From Nitrosopumilus sp. (GTDB lineage: Archaea > Thermoproteota > Nitrososphaeria > Nitrososphaerales > Nitrosopumilaceae): a stretch of DNA of 64,000 nt. The stretch is taken from positions 1,120,001 to 1,184,000 of the forward strand of contig OY763927.2 in the NCBI GenBank assembly GCA_963667665.2. Direction: 5' to 3'. Shown piece by piece: positions 20,604-29,781 of this stretch; the first letter of the stretch is position 1; every line of letters starts with the position of its first letter. Under the pieces are notes generated by a model. That model was not told where the DNA came from. It did no database searches and was given only the letters and a program-made list of their open reading frames with translations. The position numbers were made by a program, and so were the translations under genes.

Positions 20604-22500
20604 GAGTTAGAATCTCCCTCTTGTCAGCTTTGTTTTCAACAATTTTCTTTAGCGAATCATATATTTCTGTGCTAGTCATTCCTCGTCCTGTATATTTTAA
20701 TATAAAATAATCAATATCCTTAAGGACATTTTGTTTAAAGATTTGACCTAATTGTCCTGAATAATTTGCTTCAATGTCAATTATTATTTTTGTGTACTTG
20801 AGAAGAGATTTTACATAATCAGTTGGAAAAGGATGAATTAGTTTAATCTGAATAAATCCAATGTCGATTCCTTCTTTTTTTAGCATGGAAAGGGCATCTA
20901 AGATAGGACCTTTGGTAGAACCCCAAGAAATTATAGTGTGTTTATGTGCACCAAAAGATTCTACTTGTTCCTCATCAGGGATTCTTTCTAATGCCAAATC
21001 TAGTCTAGACATTCTTTTATCCATCATCTTAATTCTCTCAACAGGATCTTCAGAAATGTGGCCATATTCGTCAGATTCATCGCCTGTATTCCAGAAAATA
21101 CCGTTATCTAATCCAAGTCTAGATCTAGGAGAGATGCCATCGTCAGTATAGGCAAATCTCTTGTATTCACCCTCAACTTTGTCTAGTAGTTTGCCTCTAT
21201 CAATTGTAATCTTATTTGGCTGAAATCTTTTGCATGTCACAACAGAACTAGAAAGAAACTTGTCCATCATGTGAATAACAGGAATTTGAAAGACATCTGC
21301 ATAGTTGAAACATCTTCCTGTATCATAGAAACTTTCTTCAATATCTCCTGAAGCATATACAATCTTTGGAAAGTCTCCTGCACCTGCATGAACTGCAAAA
21401 AGAAGATCATCTTGTCCATGTCTTGTTGGAAGACCTGTTGACGGTCCACTTCTTTGATACAAAGTAATCACAATAGGGACTTCATTAATTCCGGCCCATC
21501 CTATTGCCTCAGTCATTAATGCAAAACCTGGACCAGAAGTAGATGTTGAGGAACGTGTACCAGTTAATGCAGCACCAATCATCATCCCTATAGCAGAAAT
21601 TTCATCTTCAGTTTGAATCACAGCTGTAGAACCAGGTCTGTCATCTTGAATTTGTAAAATTTCGTTTGATTCCAAATAGTTGCTTTCATCAGAAGCTGGA
21701 GTGATTGGATAATAGGATTGAAATCTACACCCAGCGACCATTTTCCCAATTGAAGTTCCATAATGACCCTGAACAAGAATGGTGTAAGGTTGTTTTGTAG
21801 TTCCAGTTAAACTATGTTCAAAGTTTTCAAATTTAGAAGCATAATTGTAAGAATAGTTTGCTGCTTGTTTGTTTATTTCTGCAATCTGAGGTTTTTTTGA
21901 AAATATTGAATCAATTGAATGAAGTAAAGAATCAAAAGGCATCTTGATTAATCCTAAAGATAATGAGACACCAATTACATTATACATTCTAACTAGCCCA
22001 CGTAATTTTGGATTATCTACCTCTTCAGAAAGATTTTCTAAAAGTGTCTTAAAAGATACAGGATAAAGTTGTACACCTTTTTCTTTGGCAAGTTCAAGTA
22101 CTCCTGCTATAGTAAATGGTTTATTTTTTGATTCAAGAAATTTGCATAAGCGTTCTTTGAATGGGGCATCAAGTGTATGAACACTATCAATATCAGTTTC
22201 TTCTAATTTTGAATCATAGATGATTCCACCATTAGAAGAAACTTCATCAAAATGGCGAAAAATTGTTTCGGCATCAAATGATGCCATCAATGTTACATCA
22301 TTCACATTGGAATGGATGTTTTCAGTTGAAACCCTTACTGTGAAATAACTATGCTCTCCTTTAATGTTTGAATAAAATTCTCTTTTACCAAATATTTGAT
22401 ATCCCATTTCTGCACAAACTTTAGAAAAGATGTTCGCCCCTGATTCAACTCCACTACCTTGTGGACCACCAATTAACCATGTAAAATCAACTAAACTCAT
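20593..22500 (-). CDS. 2-oxoacid:ferredoxin oxidoreductase alpha (gamma-alpha fusion) subunit
   Basis: [42 protein letters not shown]. Confidence 0.95.
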   Translation of the reverse strand: MSLVDFTWLIGGPQGSGVESGANIFSKVCAEMGYQIFGKREFYSNIKGEHSYFTVRVSTENIHSNVNDVTLMASFDAETIFRHFDEVSSNGGIIYDSKLEETDIDSVHTLDAPFKERLCKFLESKNKPFTIAGVLELAKEKGVQLYPVSFKTLLENLSEEVDNPKLRGLVRMYNVIGVSLSLGLIKMPFDSLLHSIDSIFSKKPQIAEINKQAANYSYNYASKFENFEHSLTGTTKQPYTILVQGHYGTSIGKMVAGCRFQSYYPITPASDESNYLESNEILQIQDDRPGSTAVIQTEDEISAIGMMIGAALTGTRSSTSTSGPGFALMTEAIGWAGINEVPIVITLYQRSGPSTGLPTRHGQDDLLFAVHAGAGDFPKIVYASGDIEESFYDTGRCFNYADVFQIPVIHMMDKFLSSSVVTCKRFQPNKITIDRGKLLDKVEGEYKRFAYTDDGISPRSRLGLDNGIFWNTGDESDEYGHISEDPVERIKMMDKRMSRLDLALERIPDEEQVESFGAHKHTIISWGSTKGPILDALSMLKKEGIDIGFIQIKLIHPFPTDYVKSLLKYTKIIIDIEANYSGQLGQIFKQNVLKDIDYFILKYTGRGMTSTEIYDSLKKIVENKADKREILTHGA

Positions 22501-22549
22501 AGTAAGTCACCTTTGTTTTGAATAGTAATAATCTGTTTTACCAATTTAA

Positions 22550-22696
22550 TCAACCTCCTGTTGCTGCATCAAACAATGCACATTCACATTTGTCACGTTC
22601 TCCACAATAAGGACAAACACAAACACATTTTTCTATTGAATTTGCGCATTCTACACAAATGGCGAATTCTTCTTCTTCATTAACTTCAGAAGACAT
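22550..22696 (-). CDS. Small Cys-rich protein (48 aa, 8 Cys) ending in Gly-Gly; absent from the ORF track
   Basis: Hand translation: MSSEVNEEEEFAICVECANSIEKCVCVCPYCGERDKCECALFDAATGG*; fills the gap directly upstream of OFOR alpha. Confidence 0.75.
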   Translation of the reverse strand: MSSEVNEEEEFAICVECANSIEKCVCVCPYCGERDKCECALFDAATGG

Positions 22697-22747
22697 ATAG
22701 GATTTACAAAGAAATCGTATAAATGGTTTGAGATAAATTCCAAGTTA

Positions 22748-23716
22748 ATGAAAAAGAAAGTGTTTCTTACAAGAATTTTACATGATTTTGCATTAAAGGA
22801 ATTAAAAAAAAGATATCAAATAGAAATTCATTCTGGAAAAATTCCCATCCCTCAAGCTAAACTGCGATCAAAAATAAAAGAAATAGATGGACTGATCTGT
22901 TTTCCATATGACAAAATCAATAAAACAACAATTGATTTGGCCAAGAATCTAAAAGTGATTAGTACCTATAGTGTTGGTTTTGATCATATAGATACTCAAT
23001 ATGCCAGAAAAAAGAAAATCCATATTGGTTACACTCCAGAAGTATTAACTGATGCGACAGCTGATCTGACATTCTCATTATTACTTGACATACTACGAAG
23101 AGTTTCAGAAGGAGACAGAATAATTCGTGATGGGAAATGGAAGATAATCTACGGAGCATATGACTATGTAGGATTAGATCTTCAAGGAAAAACAATTGGT
23201 ATTTTAGGCCTAGGTAGAATTGGCGGAATACTTGCCAAAAGAGCAAAGGCATTTGATATGAAGATTATATATCACAACAGAAAACATGTTTCTAAAACCA
23301 AAGAGAAAAAATTAGGAGCCAAATATGTCTCATTTGAAAAACTAATCACTCAAAGTGACATCATTTCAATTCATGTACCACACACAAAAGAAACAGATCA
23401 AATGTTTAACATGAAAATTTTCAGAAAAATGAAAAAATCTGCATTTTTGATAAATACATCTAGAGGAAAGATAGTGAATGAAAAAGATCTTGTTATTGCA
23501 TTAAAGAAAAAAATTATTGCAGGCGCAGGATTAGATGTCTTTGAAACAGAGCCTATTAGTAAAAAACACGCATTAGTAAAATTACAAAATGTGGTGTTAG
23601 CACCGCACATAGGAAGTTCAACGAAAGAAACCAGAGCCAAAATGGCAGAAATTACTGTGAAAAATCTTAATCTTGGAATGAATGGGAAAAAACCGATCTA
23701 CTCTGTAGGGTATTGA
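22748..23716 (+). CDS. D-2-hydroxyacid dehydrogenase (glyoxylate/hydroxypyruvate reductase-like)
   Basis: GLGRIG, INTSRG, GAGLDVFETEP, PHIGS. Confidence 0.9.
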   Translation: MKKKVFLTRILHDFALKELKKRYQIEIHSGKIPIPQAKLRSKIKEIDGLICFPYDKINKTTIDLAKNLKVISTYSVGFDHIDTQYARKKKIHIGYTPEVLTDATADLTFSLLLDILRRVSEGDRIIRDGKWKIIYGAYDYVGLDLQGKTIGILGLGRIGGILAKRAKAFDMKIIYHNRKHVSKTKEKKLGAKYVSFEKLITQSDIISIHVPHTKETDQMFNMKIFRKMKKSAFLINTSRGKIVNEKDLVIALKKKIIAGAGLDVFETEPISKKHALVKLQNVVLAPHIGSSTKETRAKMAEITVKNLNLGMNGKKPIYSVGY

Positions 23717-23785
23717 TATTTACGCATGAGTTACAATCCAGAAAAATGTTGAGTTTTTATATCTAAATTGTAAAATAGTATCAGA

Positions 23786-23875
23786 TTGAAAAAATTCAAA
23801 CATACTAACGAAGAATTAGAATTAGCTAAACTACAAACTGAGAAAGATAAGAAGAAGAAAGAATCTGAAGAATAA
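23786..23875 (+). CDS. Putative 29-aa charged microprotein; absent from the ORF track
   Basis: TTG...TAA gives MKKFKHTNEELELAKLQTEKDKKKKESEE; TTTTTATAT about 25 nt upstream; T-run right after the stop. Confidence 0.4.
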   Translation: MKKFKHTNEELELAKLQTEKDKKKKESEE

Positions 23876-23882
23876 TTTTTTT

Positions 23883-24290
23883 CTACTTGTCTTTTTCAGA
23901 CAAGTTTTTTTTTAAAAATTGAATTTTAGAAGAATATTTTTGATTCAAGTTATCATATACTTTTTTTCTTTCAGAAATTATTGTTTTAGACTCATCATAC
24001 ATTTTTGTAAAAAATGCGGCTAAAACACGCTCGCCATTTTTGTTAAAGAATCTCACACTAAAACTAGTACGGTCAGGCTTTTCTTCCTGTACAAACTCTG
24101 CTGATTTTATCAATTCTGAATTAATATGCATGTGTGCTGGGCCATCATTATCTCCAATAGTAATCCACTTTTCTTTTTGTCGTATACTAAGAGAATTACT
24201 TCTAATCTCACTTACTGCACCATCATTTTTTATTATAAGTAAAATATCATCAATTTTGACTAAATCAGATAATATCTCTAAAAGCAACAA
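23883..24290 (-). CDS. ChuX/HutX-like heme/tetrapyrrole-binding carrier
   Basis: LLIIKNDGAVSE, HMHIN, SFSVRFFNKNGERVLAAF pattern. Confidence 0.65.
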   Translation of the reverse strand: MLLLEILSDLVKIDDILLIIKNDGAVSEIRSNSLSIRQKEKWITIGDNDGPAHMHINSELIKSAEFVQEEKPDRTSFSVRFFNKNGERVLAAFFTKMYDESKTIISERKKVYDNLNQKYSSKIQFLKKNLSEKDK

Positions 24291-24326
24291 GTATTCTTGA
24301 AATTGAAATTATATCAATTTTTAGAA

Positions 24327-24596
24327 TTATTTCGTATCAATTTGGACAAAATCGTCTACATCGCCATGAACACAATCGGTTCCAACTGTTTTTACTGGTA
24401 AAAAGTTAATTTTGCCATCATGAATTTTTCCTTCATTTTGAAGAATTCCAATTTTTCCAGAAACAATTTGTTTATGTTTTTCACAGGCTACACCAACCAT
24501 GTATTCATCTTTATCAGAAATAATAGATACAATAAATTCTGGTGGATTAACACATTGTTTTCCTTTTTCTGTTACTGAACACTGATCAGGAAGCAT
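24327..24596 (-). CDS. Small hypothetical protein, possibly Zn-binding
   Basis: C..x8..C and CEKH pattern; fills the gap. Confidence 0.65.
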   Translation of the reverse strand: MLPDQCSVTEKGKQCVNPPEFIVSIISDKDEYMVGVACEKHKQIVSGKIGILQNEGKIHDGKINFLPVKTVGTDCVHGDVDDFVQIDTK

Positions 24597-24656
24597 AATC
24601 AAATTTTGATTGTTATGGAATATTAAGCTTAATTAGAATAGATTCAGGTTTGAAAA

Positions 24657-25952
24657 TTAGAAAAGACTTGTAATTTCATCGAAATTCCAAAAAGATTCTT
24701 TTGGTTTTTGAGAATAATCTAAGAATCCTTTCTCTTGTAATTTTTTTATAATAAATGCAGAATATGCAGGAGCACCAGTAGCTCCAGGAGAATTATAATT
24801 TACAATATGAAACGAATTTTTGCCAACAAGCTCCAAAATATCTTTTACAAATTCACCTTTGGAAGAAATAACAGGTGTTCGTATTCCTGCGGTACCATGT
24901 TTGGTGAAATATTCAGGTTTGATTTTTGGAATAAATTGTTGGATTCTATTAACCATCGCAGTTTTTGAAACAGAGCTAAGGAATTCTTTAGAAAGCATTG
25001 ATAGAAAACTACTATTTGTAAGAAGACGCCTCACATTTCCTCCAAATATTTCAAGGATTTTAGAAACTGTTGTATTTAGTTCACCTACATATCCTTCATA
25101 AGTTTCAGGGGTTGCTACAGGTACTGCATTTGGTCCAATCTCAGTTGTTCCATTAGATCTTTTAATCCAATGAGGATCTAAAAATGGGAATTCAGAAAAT
25201 CTAGCTACAGTGTAAATATTTGTTTTAACTAAATCTGCATATGATTGATCACATATCCAGTATTCTCCTCTAAAATGAAGATCATCGTATTCTTGTGCAA
25301 GATTACATTTTTTAGCAATATCTAATGAATTGCCACCAGAACAATTTATCAAAAATTTTGCAGTTAACGTAGAATCATCAGAGAACGTAAGTTGTACCTC
25401 TGAATTGTCATCAATGTTTATCACTTCTTTGTTAAACAAAAATTTCGTTCCATTTTTTTCAGATTCTTTTTGTAACTCTTTAGTTAAAATTCCATAATCG
25501 GTGGAGACATCCCTTGAACAGTAAAGGCCAGAGTAAGCATGTAGGTTTGATTCTTTTTTTAAAAGGTCTTTTGAATCAAGTAATTCAACTTGTTTTTCAG
25601 GAATTCCATTTTGGGTAGACCACTTCATGTATTTCTCTAAAGTTTTATGTTGTTGTTCATCTGAGGCCACTTCAATTGTTCCAACTTCATACCATGGTAG
25701 AGATTTCTTCTTTGCAAAAATTTCCCATAAATCATGAGAAACTAGAGATGAAACTGCAGATGTTTTTCTTTTTTTAGGATCTAGATAAAATGGGGAATGA
25801 ACCACGCCTGTATTTCTACTACTAGTGTGTTTTGCTACATCATTTTCTTTTTCAATTACACAGACATTAAGATCATAAAGTGTTGATAGCCAATATGAAA
25901 TCGTTGTACCTAAAATTCCTCCACCAATAATTGCAATATCAAATTTTTCCAA
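24657..25952 (-). CDS. FAD-dependent oxidoreductase, L-2-hydroxyglutarate oxidase (LhgO)-like
   Basis: IIGGGILG, HTSSRNTGVVHS, FRGEY, GPNAV, AGIR, SPGAT. Confidence 0.85.
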   Translation of the reverse strand: MEKFDIAIIGGGILGTTISYWLSTLYDLNVCVIEKENDVAKHTSSRNTGVVHSPFYLDPKKRKTSAVSSLVSHDLWEIFAKKKSLPWYEVGTIEVASDEQQHKTLEKYMKWSTQNGIPEKQVELLDSKDLLKKESNLHAYSGLYCSRDVSTDYGILTKELQKESEKNGTKFLFNKEVINIDDNSEVQLTFSDDSTLTAKFLINCSGGNSLDIAKKCNLAQEYDDLHFRGEYWICDQSYADLVKTNIYTVARFSEFPFLDPHWIKRSNGTTEIGPNAVPVATPETYEGYVGELNTTVSKILEIFGGNVRRLLTNSSFLSMLSKEFLSSVSKTAMVNRIQQFIPKIKPEYFTKHGTAGIRTPVISSKGEFVKDILELVGKNSFHIVNYNSPGATGAPAYSAFIIKKLQEKGFLDYSQKPKESFWNFDEITSLF

Positions 25953-25982
25953 CGTAGAATTAAAGATCTATTAGGATTTAAT

Positions 25983-26831
25983 TTATTGTATATTTTTAGC
26001 CTGTTCGTTCTTCTTCATTTGATGATATGTGTCAATAAATCCAGTTGAGGTGTCAGTATTATCTGGACATAATGCATTATGAGCTTCTGACAATTTGTAC
26101 CAAGGAATTGTTGGATACATGTGATGAATGTAGTGATATCCACCATTATGATGAAATAAATTTTTAAAAAATCCAATATCAGATCTAGAGCCAGACTTTG
26201 TGTTATAATGTTCAGTTACTTCTGCCCAATAAAAGAAACTTGCAAAAGACCACAAGAATGGAATAAACCAATACATTGCCAAAATATGTAAGACATCAAA
26301 ATACCAGAAAATTGAAATTACAGGTATCCAAAATATTGCAAACTTTATGGAGCTTTTTGGAGGATTTAATTGAATTGCAAATCTAAGATAAAAAAGTCCA
26401 GCATATCCAATGATTGGTTTTATGAACCACATCCAAAAAAGATTCTTTTTAGGATTGTTTAGTCCATGTACTTCATAATCTCTAACAATGTGATCTACTT
26501 CTGTATTCATTTGATAATGATGATCTAAATGTTCAGTTCGATATTGATTCATATCTACAAAAAATGGTACTGCATAAACCCATTCCAGATAATCATTTAG
26601 TTTTTTTGTTTTAAACAAATTGAAATGAGATGCTTCATGGAACAATGATTCACCAATTGCATATTGGAATGCACCGATAATCCATACTGAAATTAGGTAA
26701 ACAATCCAATCATTTGCCCATATACTAAAGCCAATTACACCGAAAATTACTCCCCAATCAAAAATAAGTGCTGTAAATCCCCTCAGATTACTTCTTTGAA
26801 CAAAATCCTGAGCTTTTGGTTGCATTGCCAT
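25983..26831 (-). CDS. Membrane fatty acid desaturase superfamily protein
   Basis: Three His boxes (HEASH, HLDHH, HYIHH) plus TEH; TM segments. Confidence 0.85.
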   Translation of the reverse strand: MAMQPKAQDFVQRSNLRGFTALIFDWGVIFGVIGFSIWANDWIVYLISVWIIGAFQYAIGESLFHEASHFNLFKTKKLNDYLEWVYAVPFFVDMNQYRTEHLDHHYQMNTEVDHIVRDYEVHGLNNPKKNLFWMWFIKPIIGYAGLFYLRFAIQLNPPKSSIKFAIFWIPVISIFWYFDVLHILAMYWFIPFLWSFASFFYWAEVTEHYNTKSGSRSDIGFFKNLFHHNGGYHYIHHMYPTIPWYKLSEAHNALCPDNTDTSTGFIDTYHQMKKNEQAKNIQ

Positions 26832-26870
26832 GTTCAAATTTTTTTTAGTTCAACACAGATTTAAGATTTT

Positions 26871-27010
26871 TCATGAGTATCAGCATAAAAATTCATGAAT
26901 TATTAAGATCATACCTGAGTATGTCATGCAAAATAGCTAATTTTCTAAAAGGTTAACATTCAAGCTAACTAAACTATAACTCAATTTTTGCTTAATGTAA
27001 TTCATGAATT
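26871..27010. promoter_or_regulatory. Divergent intergenic region with the repeated palindrome AATTCATGAATT
   Basis: Perfect copies at 26890-26901 and 26999-27010; core TCATGA at 26871-26876; CATAC-n4-GTATG at 26910-26923. Confidence 0.4.
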
Positions 27011-27981
27011 GGGAACTAGATATGAATTGGGATCAAATATTAGATCCGAATGGAAGTTTTGAGCAGACTTCTGCTGAATTAATTCATCAAAGTCGTCCAC
27101 ATATAGAATTAGTTCCTGAACAAACTAAATCTCAAACAATGGGTGTATCAGATTATCTGGTTGCATTTACAACACAGTCACATAGTTATTGTGTAGGATG
27201 TGTGGATATGGTAAATTCAACAAAAACATCAGCATCTCTTCCTAGACACAAACTTTCATTCTATTATGAGACTTTTTTAAATTCCATGGCAAAAATTGTT
27301 GGAAATTTTGAGGGAACCAACTTTGAAATTAAAGACGGATACTATATGGCAGGGATTTTTGGTGTTGGAGTAGTTTCAATTCTTGTTGCCAAAAAATATC
27401 ACGGCTCAGAAATGCTTGGAAAAGCATATCTATTTTTAGGATTAGGATTTTTTGCTTGGTTTATTGCAGATGTCGGATATTATTATCAACAATTTGTTTT
27501 AGATATAGACCCATGGCCATCTCCTTTTGACATAGGCTTTTTTGCAAGTTATATTTTTGCAATCTTACATCTTTCACTTAACACAAAATATTTCAGACCA
27601 AAATGGTCCAAAGAAATGAAAGCTGTTCTTATTGTGATTCCAATTGTCGCAGTTGGTAGTTTTTCAATGATTGCATATGATGCTTGGGGAGAATATGATG
27701 AGCTCTTATTTGATATAGGATACAGTAACTTGTTTATTGTTGGAATATCAATAACACTAGCTTTTGCAGTTGTAGGTGCAAGTGTTTTCCGTCATTCAGT
27801 TCTCAAAGAAACATGGTTACTATTAGCAATAGGAATATGCTTGTGGGTGGCAACAGATTCTGTCTACTTTTATTTAGAAACAATTGAAGAGTTTACTCAC
27901 AATCACCCAATTAATTCAGGTTGGACTGCAGCTTTTATGATAATTATTTATGCTTTATACAAACACACTAAAACTCTATAA
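27004..27981 (+). CDS. Chimeric ORF: truncated class III nucleotide cyclase fragment fused to a multi-TM membrane domain
   Basis: YCVGCVDMVNSTK...YYETFLNSMAKIVGNFEG, then an abrupt switch to about 7 hydrophobic helices. Confidence 0.6.
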   Translation: MNWELDMNWDQILDPNGSFEQTSAELIHQSRPHIELVPEQTKSQTMGVSDYLVAFTTQSHSYCVGCVDMVNSTKTSASLPRHKLSFYYETFLNSMAKIVGNFEGTNFEIKDGYYMAGIFGVGVVSILVAKKYHGSEMLGKAYLFLGLGFFAWFIADVGYYYQQFVLDIDPWPSPFDIGFFASYIFAILHLSLNTKYFRPKWSKEMKAVLIVIPIVAVGSFSMIAYDAWGEYDELLFDIGYSNLFIVGISITLAFAVVGASVFRHSVLKETWLLLAIGICLWVATDSVYFYLETIEEFTHNHPINSGWTAAFMIIIYALYKHTKTL

Positions 27982-28077
27982 TTAATCCCACATGTGATAT
28001 TCTACAAAATGATGCTCTAATTGTTTTACTGGGAATCTTTCAGAACAGTTAGAACATTTGTAGATTTTATTCATCAT
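27982..28077 (-). CDS. 31-aa single C2H2-type zinc-finger microprotein; absent from the ORF track
   Basis: Hand translation: MMNKIYKCSNCSERFPVKQLEHHFVEYHMWD*. Confidence 0.55.
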   Translation of the reverse strand: MMNKIYKCSNCSERFPVKQLEHHFVEYHMWD

Positions 28078-28144
28078 AAATAATATACGTATTCATAGTA
28101 GAAAAGCAAATCCCCAAATTCTCATAATTGGGAATTAAAAAAAG

Positions 28145-28242
28145 CGCCGGGAGGGAGATTTGAACTCCCGTTCCCTTGCGAGAACGCGCTTTATGGTTAA
28201 TTATTTCCAGGCGCGCGCCCTACCAGGCTAGGCGACCCCGGC
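28145..28242 (-). tRNA. tRNA-Ser(GGA) with a ~14-nt intron at position 37/38 (28191-28204)
   Basis: Acceptor stem GCCGGGG/TCCCGGC plus discriminator G; anticodon stem CGCGC/GCGCG around CT-GGA-A; long variable arm TTCTC-GCAA-GGGAA; T arm GGGAG-TTCAAAT-CTCCC; CCA not encoded. Confidence 0.93.
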
Positions 28243-28306
28243 ACAAGTCTTGCGACAAAATTATTTCACAAGATTTGATTATATATTGTGTTATTTGAGA
28301 ATCATA

Positions 28307-28753
28307 CTATTTCCAAATTGTAATTGCACTTGATTTCTCTATATGATTTCCTTGATGGTCTGTTGCTGTTGAAGATATTTTGTATAGACCCTCCAAGGCA
28401 AAATTACCATCATTTTTTATTTGATTCCAATAAAGTTCTATTTCATCACCAGGTTCTATCTCAGATATCACTTGTGCAGAAATTGGTGAATATATCAATA
28501 TGCCAGATAGTGTAGTAATTTTAAGACCATATGATGCATCAAAGAAGATCATTGGAATGGTTCCAGAATTTACAATTCGAATTTTCATCTCTTCACCTAT
28601 TTTAAAATCAACTTTTTCAGTAACTACAGAAATTGATGGCCCTTCAACAAAAATTAACTGGCTTGTATTTTTCACATCAAGCAAATAAACACCAAATGCA
28701 AGCCCAGAAATCAAACCAACGCAAATAAAGATAACAAGGCTTTTTGCTAGCAA
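28307..28753 (-). CDS. Membrane-anchored or secreted beta-rich hypothetical protein
   Basis: N-terminal hydrophobic helix; WNQ...GLYKI Ig-like pattern; TTG start inferred. Confidence 0.7.
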   Translation of the reverse strand: MLAKSLVIFICVGLISGLAFGVYLLDVKNTSQLIFVEGPSISVVTEKVDFKIGEEMKIRIVNSGTIPMIFFDASYGLKITTLSGILIYSPISAQVISEIEPGDEIELYWNQIKNDGNFALEGLYKISSTATDHQGNHIEKSSAITIWK

Positions 28754-28779
28754 TTCTTTTAAAATAATTTCTTGATTTT

Positions 28780-29781
28780 TTAATCTTTTGGAGGAGTGGG
28801 TTTGGTTCTCCATTTTTTAGGATAAGTGTTTGGAGCCATAATGATTCTTCTTGTTTCAAATGCATATCCCTTGGTAGCATCACGAATCTCTTCTTCAGAC
28901 ATTGTAGATTCTGCTAAAGCTACTGCCTCTCCTTTTTGTGTATAAATTCCAACGATATCTCCTACCTTTAGATTTGGAGAAATTTGCAAAATGCCAGGAA
29001 TTGCAAGTTGTGCTCCATGACACATGGCATCTACTGCAGAATCACGAATTACTACTGACTTTAATTCACTAAATGCAAGTTCAACAGGCTTGATCATCTT
29101 CATTAGTTTAGTATCATCTTTGTTCTCCTCCCAAACTGCAAATGCATCTGCTAGTTCATGAAGAGTCACTAAACCATCAGTTTCATAAAATTGATCTACT
29201 CTGGTTCGTCTCAGCTCAATCATTGTAGCGCCAGGTCCAAGAATTTCGCCTATATCATAGTATAATTTTCTGATATATGTTCCAGATTCACATAAAATTC
29301 TAGTTAAGAGTAATCGTTCTTTTTGTTCTAGCACTTCAAATTCATGGATAGTTCTTGTTCTAGTTTGTCTTACAACAGCTGAACGTTGAGGAGGTTTTTG
29401 ATAAATTTCTCCTCTAAACAAATCAATTGTTTCCTCTAGCTTTTCTTTAGATGGAAGGGAATGGACTCGTCCTAATGCATGGTATTCTTTTGGGCCATAA
29501 AGTAAAACACCCAATGCTTTAGTAGCTTCACCCAATCCTAATGGTAAAACTCCTGAAACTTGAGGATCAAGTGTTCCACTGTGACCAATCTTTGGAAGTT
29601 TCAAAATACGTTTTGTCCAAGCTACAGTTTCATGACTTGTAGGACCTGGTGGTTTATCCAAAATAATAAGCCCATAATTGAGTAATTGTTCAATTGTTCT
29701 TTTATCATAATATGTTCCATATGCATCATCTGTAATGTCCTGATCAATTTCAACAAGATTTTCTAGTTGTTTTAAAGTCAT
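28780..29781 (-). CDS. cbf5: H/ACA RNA-guided pseudouridine synthase Cbf5
   Basis: DKPPGPTSHE, GHSGTLDP, GTYIRKL, PUA domain. Confidence 0.95.
   Translation of the reverse strand: MTLKQLENLVEIDQDITDDAYGTYYDKRTIEQLLNYGLIILDKPPGPTSHETVAWTKRILKLPKIGHSGTLDPQVSGVLPLGLGEATKALGVLLYGPKEYHALGRVHSLPSKEKLEETIDLFRGEIYQKPPQRSAVVRQTRTRTIHEFEVLEQKERLLLTRILCESGTYIRKLYYDIGEILGPGATMIELRRTRVDQFYETDGLVTLHELADAFAVWEENKDDTKLMKMIKPVELAFSELKSVVIRDSAVDAMCHGAQLAIPGILQISPNLKVGDIVGIYTQKGEAVALAESTMSEEEIRDATKGYAFETRRIIMAPNTYPKKWRTKPTPPKD

Noticed and set aside
28112-28132. Imperfect hairpin downstream of tRNA-Ser as an att site or small RNA
   Set aside because: Weak bulged stem with no second copy in the window
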